Source of the DNA: Geotalea daltonii FRC-32
Lineage (GTDB): Bacteria > Desulfobacterota > Desulfuromonadia > Geobacterales > Geobacteraceae
DNA: 32,000 nucleotides
Direction: 5' to 3'
Assembly (NCBI RefSeq): GCF_000022265.1
Contig: NC_011979.1
Location: forward strand, 960,001-992,000
Part shown: one piece after another, positions 24,586 to 32,000 of the stretch
How the letters are laid out: the number at the start of each line of letters is the position of its first letter
Position numbering within the stretch: position 1 is the stretch's first letter
The notes under the pieces: generated by a model
What the model was told of the DNA's origin: nothing
What the model saw: only the letters and a program-made list of their open reading frames with translations
The model's database searches: none
Program-made: the position numbers and the translations under genes

Positions 24586-24907
24586 AATATTGCACCAGGG
24601 AGAGGGACTGTTTTTCACCCCAGCTTACGGTCAGGATCAGTTTCTGCAATAGCGGGATTTCCGTCGGCATCATTTCCGCCTGCCATGCTATTTCGGGATG
24701 GTCGGGGCTGAAAGTCCCCTTTTTTTCCTGAAGGTCCATGAATCCGGGTTCTTCCAGCTTTGCCCGCGCCAGGAGCATGGCAGCCGTCTCTTCTTTATCC
24801 CTGCCGACCACAGACAGGTGGTAGTTGAAGGAAGTGATGACGGTGAGGATCACTCCTGCCATGATGGCCAAGGCAATCATGATTTCCAGCAAGGTAAAAC
24901 CCTTCAC
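24572..24907 (-). CDS. gspI: type II secretion minor pseudopilin I
   Basis: The GTG start overlaps the gspH stop (GTGA) and gives MKG|FTLLEIMIALAI. 111 aa. Confidence 0.75.
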   Translation of the reverse strand: MKGFTLLEIMIALAIMAGVILTVITSFNYHLSVVGRDKEETAAMLLARAKLEEPGFMDLQEKKGTFSPDHPEIAWQAEMMPTEIPLLQKLILTVSWGEKQSLSLVQYYAKK

Positions 24908-25497
24908 CGTGCTGCCTCCTGGTATCCTTTTTCCACCTTGACCTTGCCGCTGCTCGGGTAGGCTGTCACGGTAAAATGCCCATTCTTGCCGTCCTTCAGA
25001 TGGATGATCATGAAATCCTGCAGACCGCCAGGGCCGAAACCGATGATAACCTCCCCTTCGCTGATCTTTCCCGACTGGGGAATGGTAACATCCTCGATGA
25101 TGATTCCTTCGGCTATGGGCCTCCGGCTGAGAAAAGGATCGTCTGCAGCTGTTTCTTCCCCTGATGGAGACAACTGTCTTACCCGGGTGGTACTGTCGGT
25201 GATATTCAGGTGCAGGCGGTAACCGGTTTTTGTCGTCGCAGCCCGATCGCCGATGAATCTTATGGCCGAGGCTAGTGAGCGGGCAGAGTCTCTAAGTTTA
25301 GCCGATTCGGTGGATGGCAGTCTGGGCAGCACTATCCCCGCGATCAGGGAGAGAATGGCGATGACCACCATCAGTTCCATCAGGGTGAAACCGCCCTGAA
25401 AACCAGTTCGAGGTTCGAGGTTCGAGGTTCGAGGTTCAACCAAGGTTCGAGGTTCGATGTTCGAAGTTCTATGTTGAAAAACTCTAGAGATTTCCAT
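24904..25497 (-). CDS. gspH: type II secretion pseudopilin H with an atypically long leader; start uncertain
   Basis: Mature part begins G|FTLMELMVVIAILSLIAG (F codon at 25389-25387). The only upstream ATG is at 25497, giving a 36-aa leader. Alternatives are TTG 25443 (18-aa leader) and GTG 25554, which overlaps the gspG stop (55 aa). No convincing SD for any of them. Confidence 0.7.
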   Translation of the reverse strand: MEISRVFQHRTSNIEPRTLVEPRTSNLEPRTGFQGGFTLMELMVVIAILSLIAGIVLPRLPSTESAKLRDSARSLASAIRFIGDRAATTKTGYRLHLNITDSTTRVRQLSPSGEETAADDPFLSRRPIAEGIIIEDVTIPQSGKISEGEVIIGFGPGGLQDFMIIHLKDGKNGHFTVTAYPSSGKVKVEKGYQEAAR

Positions 25498-25546
25498 GTT
25501 TGCTTGTTGCTTACAACGTCGAACGCCGAACACCGAACTTCGAACG
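25405..25546. repeat. two opposed arrays of GTTCGNN heptamers separated by a 48-nt spacer
   Basis: On the + strand, 4 perfect GTTCGAG units at 25406-25433 are followed by degenerate units to 25469. Inverted units GTCGAAC GCCGAAC ACCGAAC TTCGAAC lie at 25518-25546. The spacer carries the palindrome CTCTAGAG (25482-25489). Confidence 0.85.
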
Positions 25547-25550
25547 ATTT

Positions 25551-25991
25551 TCACCTTATATCCCAGCTGTTGATGTCGGCACTTTTGCCTTCGCCGCCCC
25601 GTGCGCCGTCGGCACCAAGGGATGAGAGATCATAATCGCTGTGCTCGCCCGGTGACAGATAGACATAATCATTTTCCCACGGGTCCTTCGGTAGATTCTT
25701 GCTATCCAGATAACCTTCCGCCTTGTAATTTTTCGGAATCTGGCCGGTGACCGGCTTGGTGATCAGCGCTGCCAGACCCTGTTCGGTGGAGGGATAGACG
25801 CCGTTGTCCAACTTGTAGAGCTTGAGGGCGCTTTCAATGTTCCTGATCTGCACCTTGGCATCGGCGATCTTGGCGTCATCGGAACGCCCCATGATTTTGG
25901 GGGCGACCAGTGCAGCAAGCGCTGCCAGGATCATGACCACCACCATGATTTCGATCAAGGTAAAGCCGCGATTGTTTCGAATACCATTCAT
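25551..25991 (-). CDS. gspG: type II secretion major pseudopilin G
   Basis: MNGIRNNRG|FTLIEIMVVVMILAALAALVAP, then LYKLDNGVYPSTEQGL, DPWENDYVY and SLGADG, a classical GspG pattern. SD AAAGGAG upstream. Confidence 0.9.
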   Translation of the reverse strand: MNGIRNNRGFTLIEIMVVVMILAALAALVAPKIMGRSDDAKIADAKVQIRNIESALKLYKLDNGVYPSTEQGLAALITKPVTGQIPKNYKAEGYLDSKNLPKDPWENDYVYLSPGEHSDYDLSSLGADGARGGEGKSADINSWDIR

Positions 25992-26040
25992 GTATGACTC
26001 CTTTTCATTCTTTAATTTCTCTTGGAACGCTCAAAAGAGG

Positions 26041-26073
26041 CCAGGTGCAAGGCGCCCGAACGCAGCAGATGGG
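26041..26073. repeat. 33-nt core copy of the 4053-4168 element, in inverted orientation
   Basis: The reverse complement reads CCCATCTGCTGCGTTCGGGCGCCTTGCACCTGG. Its last 20 nt are identical to 4135-4154. Its first 15 nt match 4066-4080 at 14 of 15 positions. Confidence 0.5.
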
Positions 26074-26088
26074 TGCTTGCAGCGTCCA

Positions 26089-27300
26089 TCATTTGATCAG
26101 CTGGTTGAGCTGGAATATGGGCAACAGCACTGCCAGCACCACCGTGCCGACGCAAAGCCCCATGCCCAGTATCAGCAGTGGCTCCAGCAGGGCCATGGAC
26201 CGGGTGATGGAGGCCTCGAATTCCTTTTCGAAGGCGTTACCGGCCTTGATCAGCATCGCTTCCAGTTCTCCCCCTTTTTCGCCGACGGCAATCATGTGTA
26301 CCATGAGCGGCGGAAAGAGTGGGCTTTTCCGTAGCGCCACCGACAGGCTTCCCCCCTGGATCAGTTCCTCGCTTGCTTCGGCAAGGAAGAGGCGGTATTC
26401 GCGGTTGACGATGGCCTCGCCGGTGATTTCGATGGCTTTGATCACCGGGACGCCGCTGGCCAGCAGAAGGCCTAGCACCTTGGCGAAGCGGGAAAGGATC
26501 AGCCGCTGCCAGAGGGGGCCGGCCAGGGGAAGCTTGAGCATCAGCCGGTCTCTTTTCCGCCGGAACGCCTCGTTGCCTTTGGCCCGTTTCAGTATGAACG
26601 CGGCGGCAACGGCGATGATGATCAGCAACCACCATCCCTGGCGCAACAGACTGCTTACCTTGATGAGGATGACGGTTATCAGGGGGAGAGCGGCCTTGCT
26701 CTGCTCGAAAACGGTGACGATCTTCGGCACGACAAAGGCGAGGAGGAAGAGCATGACACCGGTGCCGACCACAACCATGAGGATCGGGTAAGCCAGCGAG
26801 GTGACTATTTTGCTGCGTACGGCATTCTGGTCTTCCAGAAACTCGGCCAATCTCTCCAGCACCACTTCAAGGGCGCCGCTGGCTTCCCCGGCTGAAACCA
26901 TGCCGATATAGCTGTCGCTGAATATCTGCGGTTCGGCGGCGAGGGCTTTGGCCAGGCTGGTCCCCTCCGCAAGGCGGTCGCGCACCCGGCCAAGCATTGT
27001 GCGCAGTTCCCCGGGCCGCTCCTGGTCGTGAAGTGTTGCGATGGCTTCATAGACCGGTACCGATGAACCGAGCAGGGTTGCCAGTCGCCGCGTCATCAGC
27101 GACAGTTCGGGCAATCCCACTTTTTTCCTGAAGGACATGGGTCCGCGTCCGCCGACCACCTCATCTGCCGGGGCTATCTGTCTGGCATAGAGGCCGTCTT
27201 TCTTCAGACGCTGCCTGACCTCGTTGACGTTAGCCGCTTCGATGGTGCCGGCGACTTCGTTGCCACCGGCCTTGAAGGCACTATAGCGGAAGGTCGGCAT
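26089..27300 (-). CDS. gspF: type II secretion inner-membrane platform protein F
   Basis: 403 aa starting MPTFRYSAFKAGGNEVAGTIEA. Two T2SSF-type repeats and three TM segments. It overlaps gspE by 20 nt. Confidence 0.9.
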   Translation of the reverse strand: MPTFRYSAFKAGGNEVAGTIEAANVNEVRQRLKKDGLYARQIAPADEVVGGRGPMSFRKKVGLPELSLMTRRLATLLGSSVPVYEAIATLHDQERPGELRTMLGRVRDRLAEGTSLAKALAAEPQIFSDSYIGMVSAGEASGALEVVLERLAEFLEDQNAVRSKIVTSLAYPILMVVVGTGVMLFLLAFVVPKIVTVFEQSKAALPLITVILIKVSSLLRQGWWLLIIIAVAAAFILKRAKGNEAFRRKRDRLMLKLPLAGPLWQRLILSRFAKVLGLLLASGVPVIKAIEITGEAIVNREYRLFLAEASEELIQGGSLSVALRKSPLFPPLMVHMIAVGEKGGELEAMLIKAGNAFEKEFEASITRSMALLEPLLILGMGLCVGTVVLAVLLPIFQLNQLIK

Positions 27301-28843
27301 AATCCTCCTGGGTTACCCGCAGTACCTCTTCGATGGTGGTGATCCCCGCAGCAGCCTTGGCCAGACCGTCTTCCCGCAGGGTCTTCATACCCCTGGAGAT
27401 GGCATATTCCTTGATGGCGCCGGCCGGGGCCTGCTTGATGATCATGGAGCAGAGCTCCGAATCGATAGGCAGGAATTCATAGATGCCGATCCGCCCCATG
27501 GAGCCCAGGTTGAAGCACTTTTCGCAGCCCCGGCCCCGATAGAGGATGGGGGGCAGGGTGATGCCTGCATATTCGCGTTCCGGCTCGTATTCTTCGCGGC
27601 AGTGGGGGCAAATGACCCGCACCAGCCGCTGGGCCATGACCGCCGACAGGGATGAGGCAACCATGAACGGCTCGATGCCCATATCGATGAGCCGGGTGAC
27701 AGCGGTGGCGGCATCGTTGGTGTGGAGGGTGGAGAGTACCAGGTGGCCGGTGAGGCTGGCCTGCATGGCTATTTCCGCCGTTTCCACGTCGCGGATCTCG
27801 CCGACCATGATGATATCCGGGTCCTGACGCAGTATGGAGCGCAGCCCATGGGCAAAGGTGAGGTCGATTTTGGGATTTACCTGAATCTGTCCCACCCCTT
27901 TCAGCTGATATTCCACCGGATCTTCGATGGTAATGATATTCTTTTCGGGGGAGTTGACCCGGTTAAGTGCAGCATAGAGGGTGGTTGTCTTGCCGCTGCC
28001 GGTAGGTCCCGTTACCAGGATGATGCCGTTGCTTCTGGAGAGGAGCCGCTCCATGGTTTTGACATTATTTTCCGAGAGACCGATGTTTGTCAGGGAGATG
28101 ACCCCCCGCTGTTTGTCCAACAACCGCAGCACGATCCGCTCGCCGAAGAAGGTGGGGATGATGGAGACGCGGATATCCACGTCTCGCCCGGCAACGATGA
28201 CCCGGAGTCGGCCGTCCTGGGGTAGCCTCTTTTCAGCAATATTGAGGCCGGACATGATCTTGACCCGGGAAATGAGAGCTTCCTGGACCACCTTGGGGGG
28301 CTCCAGCATCTTATAGAGGATGCCGTCGATCCTGAAGCGCACCTCCAGTTCCCGCTCGAAGGGCTCGATATGGATGTCGCTGGCCCGCTCCTTAACCGCC
28401 TGAAAAAGAATCGAGTTGAGGAGGCGGATCACCGGCGCCTCGTCGGTGAGATCCAGCAGGTCCTTCGGTTCGTTGAATTCGGTGGCTATGGCGGAAAGCT
28501 CCACCCCTTCCAGTTCTTCCACCACTTCCTGGGCAGAACCGGACATCCTGCCGTAGAGGCGGTTGATGGCGTCCATGACCGTCTGGGGCGGCACGGCAAC
28601 AGCCTGCACCGGCATGGAGAAAACCCCCTGCAGCTCGTCCAGGGCCAAAAGGTTTGCCGGGTTCCCCGCAGCGGAGATAAGCGTGCCATCTTCCTCTCGC
28701 AGGGGCAGGAGCAGGTTACTGCGGGCGAAAGCCAAGGGCAGACGCATGAGCAGAGAAGTTTCAACGGTGCTGTCGTCGATTTCCGCCTGGAAGGATAGCC
28801 CCAGCCTTCTGGCAATATCTTCGGTCTCGCTGGCCGGGGTCAT
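27281..28843 (-). CDS. gspE: type II secretion ATPase E
   Basis: Walker A GPTGSGKTT, Walker B IIMVGEIRD, His box GHLVLSTLHTND, and a tetracysteine CPHC...CEKC. N-terminal T2SSE_N-like region. ATGA overlap with gspD. Confidence 0.9.
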   Translation of the reverse strand: MTPASETEDIARRLGLSFQAEIDDSTVETSLLMRLPLAFARSNLLLPLREEDGTLISAAGNPANLLALDELQGVFSMPVQAVAVPPQTVMDAINRLYGRMSGSAQEVVEELEGVELSAIATEFNEPKDLLDLTDEAPVIRLLNSILFQAVKERASDIHIEPFERELEVRFRIDGILYKMLEPPKVVQEALISRVKIMSGLNIAEKRLPQDGRLRVIVAGRDVDIRVSIIPTFFGERIVLRLLDKQRGVISLTNIGLSENNVKTMERLLSRSNGIILVTGPTGSGKTTTLYAALNRVNSPEKNIITIEDPVEYQLKGVGQIQVNPKIDLTFAHGLRSILRQDPDIIMVGEIRDVETAEIAMQASLTGHLVLSTLHTNDAATAVTRLIDMGIEPFMVASSLSAVMAQRLVRVICPHCREEYEPEREYAGITLPPILYRGRGCEKCFNLGSMGRIGIYEFLPIDSELCSMIIKQAPAGAIKEYAISRGMKTLREDGLAKAAAGITTIEEVLRVTQEDYADLPL

Positions 28844-30801
28844 TGGTTTGCCTTCACCTTCAGTTCATTGTCGAAATCGATGGGCTTGTCCGATTTCAAT
28901 TGCTCGCTGAAACGGTTTTTCTGCATTTCCGACACTTTTCCCATATCCACCGAGTCCTTGATGATGTAAGGGGTGAGGATGATCATCAGATTGGTTTTGG
29001 TCCGCTTCATGCTCTTGGTTTTGAACAGGTATCCCAGGAGAGGGATATCCCCCAGAAAGGGAATCTTGTTGATGGTTTCCTGGTCCTGGTCCTGGATCAG
29101 CCCGCCGATAACGACCGTGTCCGTATCCTTGACCACCACCGAGGTCTTGGCGGAACGCTTGGTGGTGGTGATGTCGACTGCCGCCCCTTTGTTCAATGCA
29201 TCTTTAACGGCCGATATTTCCTGATAGATGTCAAGCTTGACGTACTCTCCCTCGCTGACCATCGGCTTGATTTTCAGTGTTATACCGGTGTCTTTACGTT
29301 CGATTCCTTGCTGGGCAAGACCAGTTGATGAAAGATTGGATTGGGTAAGAAATGGAACATTTTCACCAACAAATATCTCTGCTTCCTTGTTGTCAGAGGT
29401 CATGATGTTCGGTGTTGAAAGGACATTCAATGCGCCGTTTGACTGGAGTGCCTTGAGGATGGCGGGGAAAGTGGCTGCACCGGCCAGATTGAGTGAAGAA
29501 GTTCCTATCCCGGCTTCGCCTAGAGATTTAATAATAGGTGCCAGTGCGCCGAATGTGCCGAAGGGATCATATATGCCGGCAGTTGCTACAGTGCCGTTGG
29601 ATGCTCCGCCGATTACTCCCCACTGCACCCCAAGTTCTCTTGCCCGGTCTATGGAGACTTCGGCGATCATCGCCTGGACGAAGACCTGGCGGTTGCGCCG
29701 GTCAAGCTTCTGGATCACCTGGAGCAGGTTCTGGTAATCGGTGGGGGAGGCCATGATCACCAGGGAGTTGGTGGCCTTGTCGGGGGTGATGGAGATTTTC
29801 CCCCCCTCGAACAGGGACTGCTGCGGTGCAGCTGCAGCTCCAGGTTGCCCCGCTGCCGGTGTTGCAGCATTGGAACCTTTGACGACGCCGTCCAGGACCT
29901 TGGCAACCTCTGTGGCATCGGCATTCTCCAAATAGTAGACATTGACCTTGCTGCTGGTGGTGGGTGGCACCACGTCCAGCTGGGCGATCAGTTTCTTGAT
30001 GTCTTCCTTGTCCTTAGCGTTGCCGAAAAGGATGAGGGCGTTGAGTCGGGTATCGGGAAGGATCAGGCCGGTGGCTGTTGCCGTTGCCGGCTGCCCGGCA
30101 GGGCGCGCGCCTTTATCCTTGCCACCGAGCCATTCTTTGATGACTGAGCTGATGCTTTCAGCCGATGCATTCTTCAGGAAGACCAGTTCCGCTCCTTCTC
30201 TCTTCTGGTCAGTATCCACCAACTGCAGGATGTTGAGGATTTTTTGTACATTGAGGGATGAGTCCACCAGGAGCAGCATATTGCCTGGGCCGAAGGCGGA
30301 GATGTAGCCGTCCTTGGAGATCATCGGCTGGAGAAAGGTCATCGCCTCCTGGCTGGAGATGTGCTCCAGGTTGATGATGCGTGCCACGTAGGCTTCGTTG
30401 ACCGGGCCACGATCCTTGTCGCTGAGAATCTTCATTCCCGATTGCTTGGCTGCGCCGGTGGGAACGATTTTCAGCACCTTCCCTGCCGGGACAACGGTAA
30501 AGCCTTTCAGTTCCAGCACTGAGGTGAAGACGTTGAACGCCTCTTCCGTGGAGAGCTTGGCCGGGGAAAAGACAGAGATTTTCCCTTTCACCCGGTCGTC
30601 CATGACGAAGTTCTTGCCGGTCAGGTCGCTGATGAACTTGACCATGGTGGAGATATCCACGTCGCTGAAATTGAGGACTACCCCCTTGGCCAGCGCCGGA
30701 AGCGGCAGTGCCAGCAGGGAGAGCAGTGAAAGGATGGTTATGATTTTACGCAATGGGCGCCTCCGGAGACATGTTGCAGGGAACGGTGTTTGGGCAATCA
30801 T
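28840..30801 (-). CDS. gspD: type II secretion outer-membrane secretin D
   Basis: Signal peptide, N0-N3-like repeats, and a secretin core containing NKEAEIFVGENVPF, VVIGGLIQD and IPFLGDIPLLGYLFK. Confidence 0.9.
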   Translation of the reverse strand: MIAQTPFPATCLRRRPLRKIITILSLLSLLALPLPALAKGVVLNFSDVDISTMVKFISDLTGKNFVMDDRVKGKISVFSPAKLSTEEAFNVFTSVLELKGFTVVPAGKVLKIVPTGAAKQSGMKILSDKDRGPVNEAYVARIINLEHISSQEAMTFLQPMISKDGYISAFGPGNMLLLVDSSLNVQKILNILQLVDTDQKREGAELVFLKNASAESISSVIKEWLGGKDKGARPAGQPATATATGLILPDTRLNALILFGNAKDKEDIKKLIAQLDVVPPTTSSKVNVYYLENADATEVAKVLDGVVKGSNAATPAAGQPGAAAAPQQSLFEGGKISITPDKATNSLVIMASPTDYQNLLQVIQKLDRRNRQVFVQAMIAEVSIDRARELGVQWGVIGGASNGTVATAGIYDPFGTFGALAPIIKSLGEAGIGTSSLNLAGAATFPAILKALQSNGALNVLSTPNIMTSDNKEAEIFVGENVPFLTQSNLSSTGLAQQGIERKDTGITLKIKPMVSEGEYVKLDIYQEISAVKDALNKGAAVDITTTKRSAKTSVVVKDTDTVVIGGLIQDQDQETINKIPFLGDIPLLGYLFKTKSMKRTKTNLMIILTPYIIKDSVDMGKVSEMQKNRFSEQLKSDKPIDFDNELKVKANQ

Positions 30802-30824
30802 GGGAAAGCAGTACTGTTCGCTGC

Positions 30825-31703
30825 CTATCTAATGTCATAGTTGAATGTGGTCGGCTGGCCGTCCCTTACCAGGTCCAGTTTTATGCGGCTCTGTCCTTTG
30901 AGTGAAGCAAAGGACTGTATGGCCTTTTCCGGCGAGTCGATGGGGAAATCGTTGATGGCGCGCAGGATGTCGCCATTTTTGATGCCGATGGTACCGAAAA
31001 TGCCCTGGGGCTTCACTTCCGAGGCCCTGAATCCTTCGACTTTTCCGTCTTTGATGCTGGGCAGGAGGCGGGCATCGGTCATGGCCTGGCCGATATTATC
31101 CAGGGATGCATTCAGTGCCCGCTGGTCAACGACATAATTTCCGGCTCCAACCTGAGCGGCGAGCCCAGTATTTCCCGCAGGGGCAGTGGACTGGGGTTGT
31201 TTGGCTGCCGATTCTGTGCCGGCTGCAGTGGGCGAAAATATCTTTAACCGTTTGCCATTGACGAGAATTTCAGCCGACTCTTTGCCCACCGAAACCAGCG
31301 GCCCCGTCTCGAAGACCGTATCCCCAAGACGGAAAACACGCTCTTCCTTGCCTGCTTTCTGCACAAGAGCAAAGGTTTCACGATAGGAACCGACCGCAGT
31401 TCCAAGCAGGATGAGATCTCCCAGCGAGGGTGCAGGGGCCGCCCCTGTGGCGGTGGCCTGTTGTACGACAGGGGACAGCTTTCCCTGTGCAGCCTTGCCG
31501 AATAATCCCTTTTCCAGGATGGGAGCGAAAGACATCAGGTCTTCTGCCACCATGGTGGATGGGACGGACGCAGCGCTTTTCGGGGTTGCTTTGGGATAAA
31601 GTCTGGTAAGTCTGAAGGAAATCACGTCAGAGGCTATCAGCGCCAGTGACGCTATGATCAAAAAGGTGAGAAAAAAATTAAGTGGGGCTATCCATTTCAG
31701 CAT
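30825..31703 (-). CDS. gspC: type II secretion protein C (TM + PDZ)
   Basis: TM helix LNFFLTFLIIASLALIASDV and a C-terminal PDZ-like GIKNGDILRAINDFPIDSPEKA. First gene of the operon. ATG 31703 preferred; the maximal ORF starts at TTG 31766. Confidence 0.65.
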   Translation of the reverse strand: MLKWIAPLNFFLTFLIIASLALIASDVISFRLTRLYPKATPKSAASVPSTMVAEDLMSFAPILEKGLFGKAAQGKLSPVVQQATATGAAPAPSLGDLILLGTAVGSYRETFALVQKAGKEERVFRLGDTVFETGPLVSVGKESAEILVNGKRLKIFSPTAAGTESAAKQPQSTAPAGNTGLAAQVGAGNYVVDQRALNASLDNIGQAMTDARLLPSIKDGKVEGFRASEVKPQGIFGTIGIKNGDILRAINDFPIDSPEKAIQSFASLKGQSRIKLDLVRDGQPTTFNYDIR

Positions 31704-31848
31704 GTCAGGCCTTTTTACGCATCGATAAAACCAGTTGAATATAGTAAAACTGGTTGCCTTATGCAAGGGGAAAAGAGGGGGCCAGGCAGAGCGAAACAGG
31801 GCTGCTCAGCCACCAGCGGGTTTCTTAAATTTGAAATTTCTATAATTG

Positions 31849-31878
31849 TTGAACTGGCCTTTGTGGCTGTGGTAATAT
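31849..31878 (+). promoter_or_regulatory. candidate sigma70 promoter TTGAAC - 18 nt - TAATAT for the gene starting at 31931
   Basis: Hexamer matches only; located about 50 nt upstream of the ATG. Confidence 0.3.
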
Positions 31879-31930
31879 CTGCCCTGCTGGCCGGCTTTTC
31901 CCATGCAGCGATAATAAGTACGGAGGGACC

Positions 31931-32000
31931 ATGAAGTCGATTTTTGTGACAGCTTCGGTCATGCAGGAACTTTCCCTGCTGATCCGTTCCATTGGCGCTG
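31931..32000 (+). CDS. 5' end of an unidentified CDS running off the window
   Basis: ATG 31931 is preceded by GGAGGG with a 2-nt gap (short spacing). The frame stays open to the window end (MKSIFVTASVMQELSLLIRSIGA...). Too short to assign a family. Confidence 0.35.
   Translation, partial: MKSIFVTASVMQELSLLIRSIGA

Noticed and set aside
25994-26791. 265-aa + strand ORF
   Set aside because: It is antisense to gspF, Ser/Ala/Arg-rich with no motifs. GspF on the minus strand is unambiguous.
31799-31816. Sigma54-type promoter upstream of gspC (minus strand CTGGTGGCTGAGCAGCC)
   Set aside because: The GG-N10-GC spacing is right, but most other consensus positions of TGGCAC-N5-TTGCW are wrong. It also lies upstream of only the less likely TTG start. 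Too weak to call.

Overview
Chromosomal window that looks Geobacter/Desulfuromonadales-like; this is an inference from gene content and protein signatures only. Contents from left to right: (1) The distal part of a tightly coupled cbb3-type oxidase operon (1-2995). It holds the ccoN 3' end, a CcoO fused to an extra c-heme domain, an embedded ccoS, two unknown small membrane proteins and a membrane-anchored monoheme cytochrome c. (2) A lower-GC accessory stretch (about 2996-9383). It carries an input-less histidine kinase and a 1573-aa secreted giant protein built from 2 duplicated parallel beta-helix modules, 2 Ig-like domains and 6 nearly identical 345-bp CARDB repeats. Between the two genes a duplicated terminator hairpin flanks a small inverted-repeat element. 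(3) A hotdog-fold thioesterase. (4) A minus-strand module: DsbD_2/TauE-like membrane protein, CcoI/FixI-type copper P-type ATPase, CrtI-like flavoprotein. (5) A secreted protein with two OB-fold-like halves. (6) A translationally coupled triad of CHASE2 nucleotide cyclase, SH3b protein and M48 lipoprotein peptidase, followed by a Ste24-like M48 peptidase. (7) A complete 12-gene type II secretion operon gspCDEFGHIJKLMN on the minus strand (20342-31766). I saw no rRNA, tRNA, CRISPR, transposase or integrase genes. Three sequence-level signals stand out. Opposed GTTCGNN heptamer arrays fill the gspG-gspH junction and encode the GspH leader. A 33-nt core is shared between the gspF-gspG spacer and the element inserted into the terminator at 4053-4168. 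The giant gene shows very recent internal amplifications. I see no evidence for a known defence system. The best candidate for an undescribed functional unit is the cyclase-SH3-M48 envelope signalling triad, offered only as a hypothesis.
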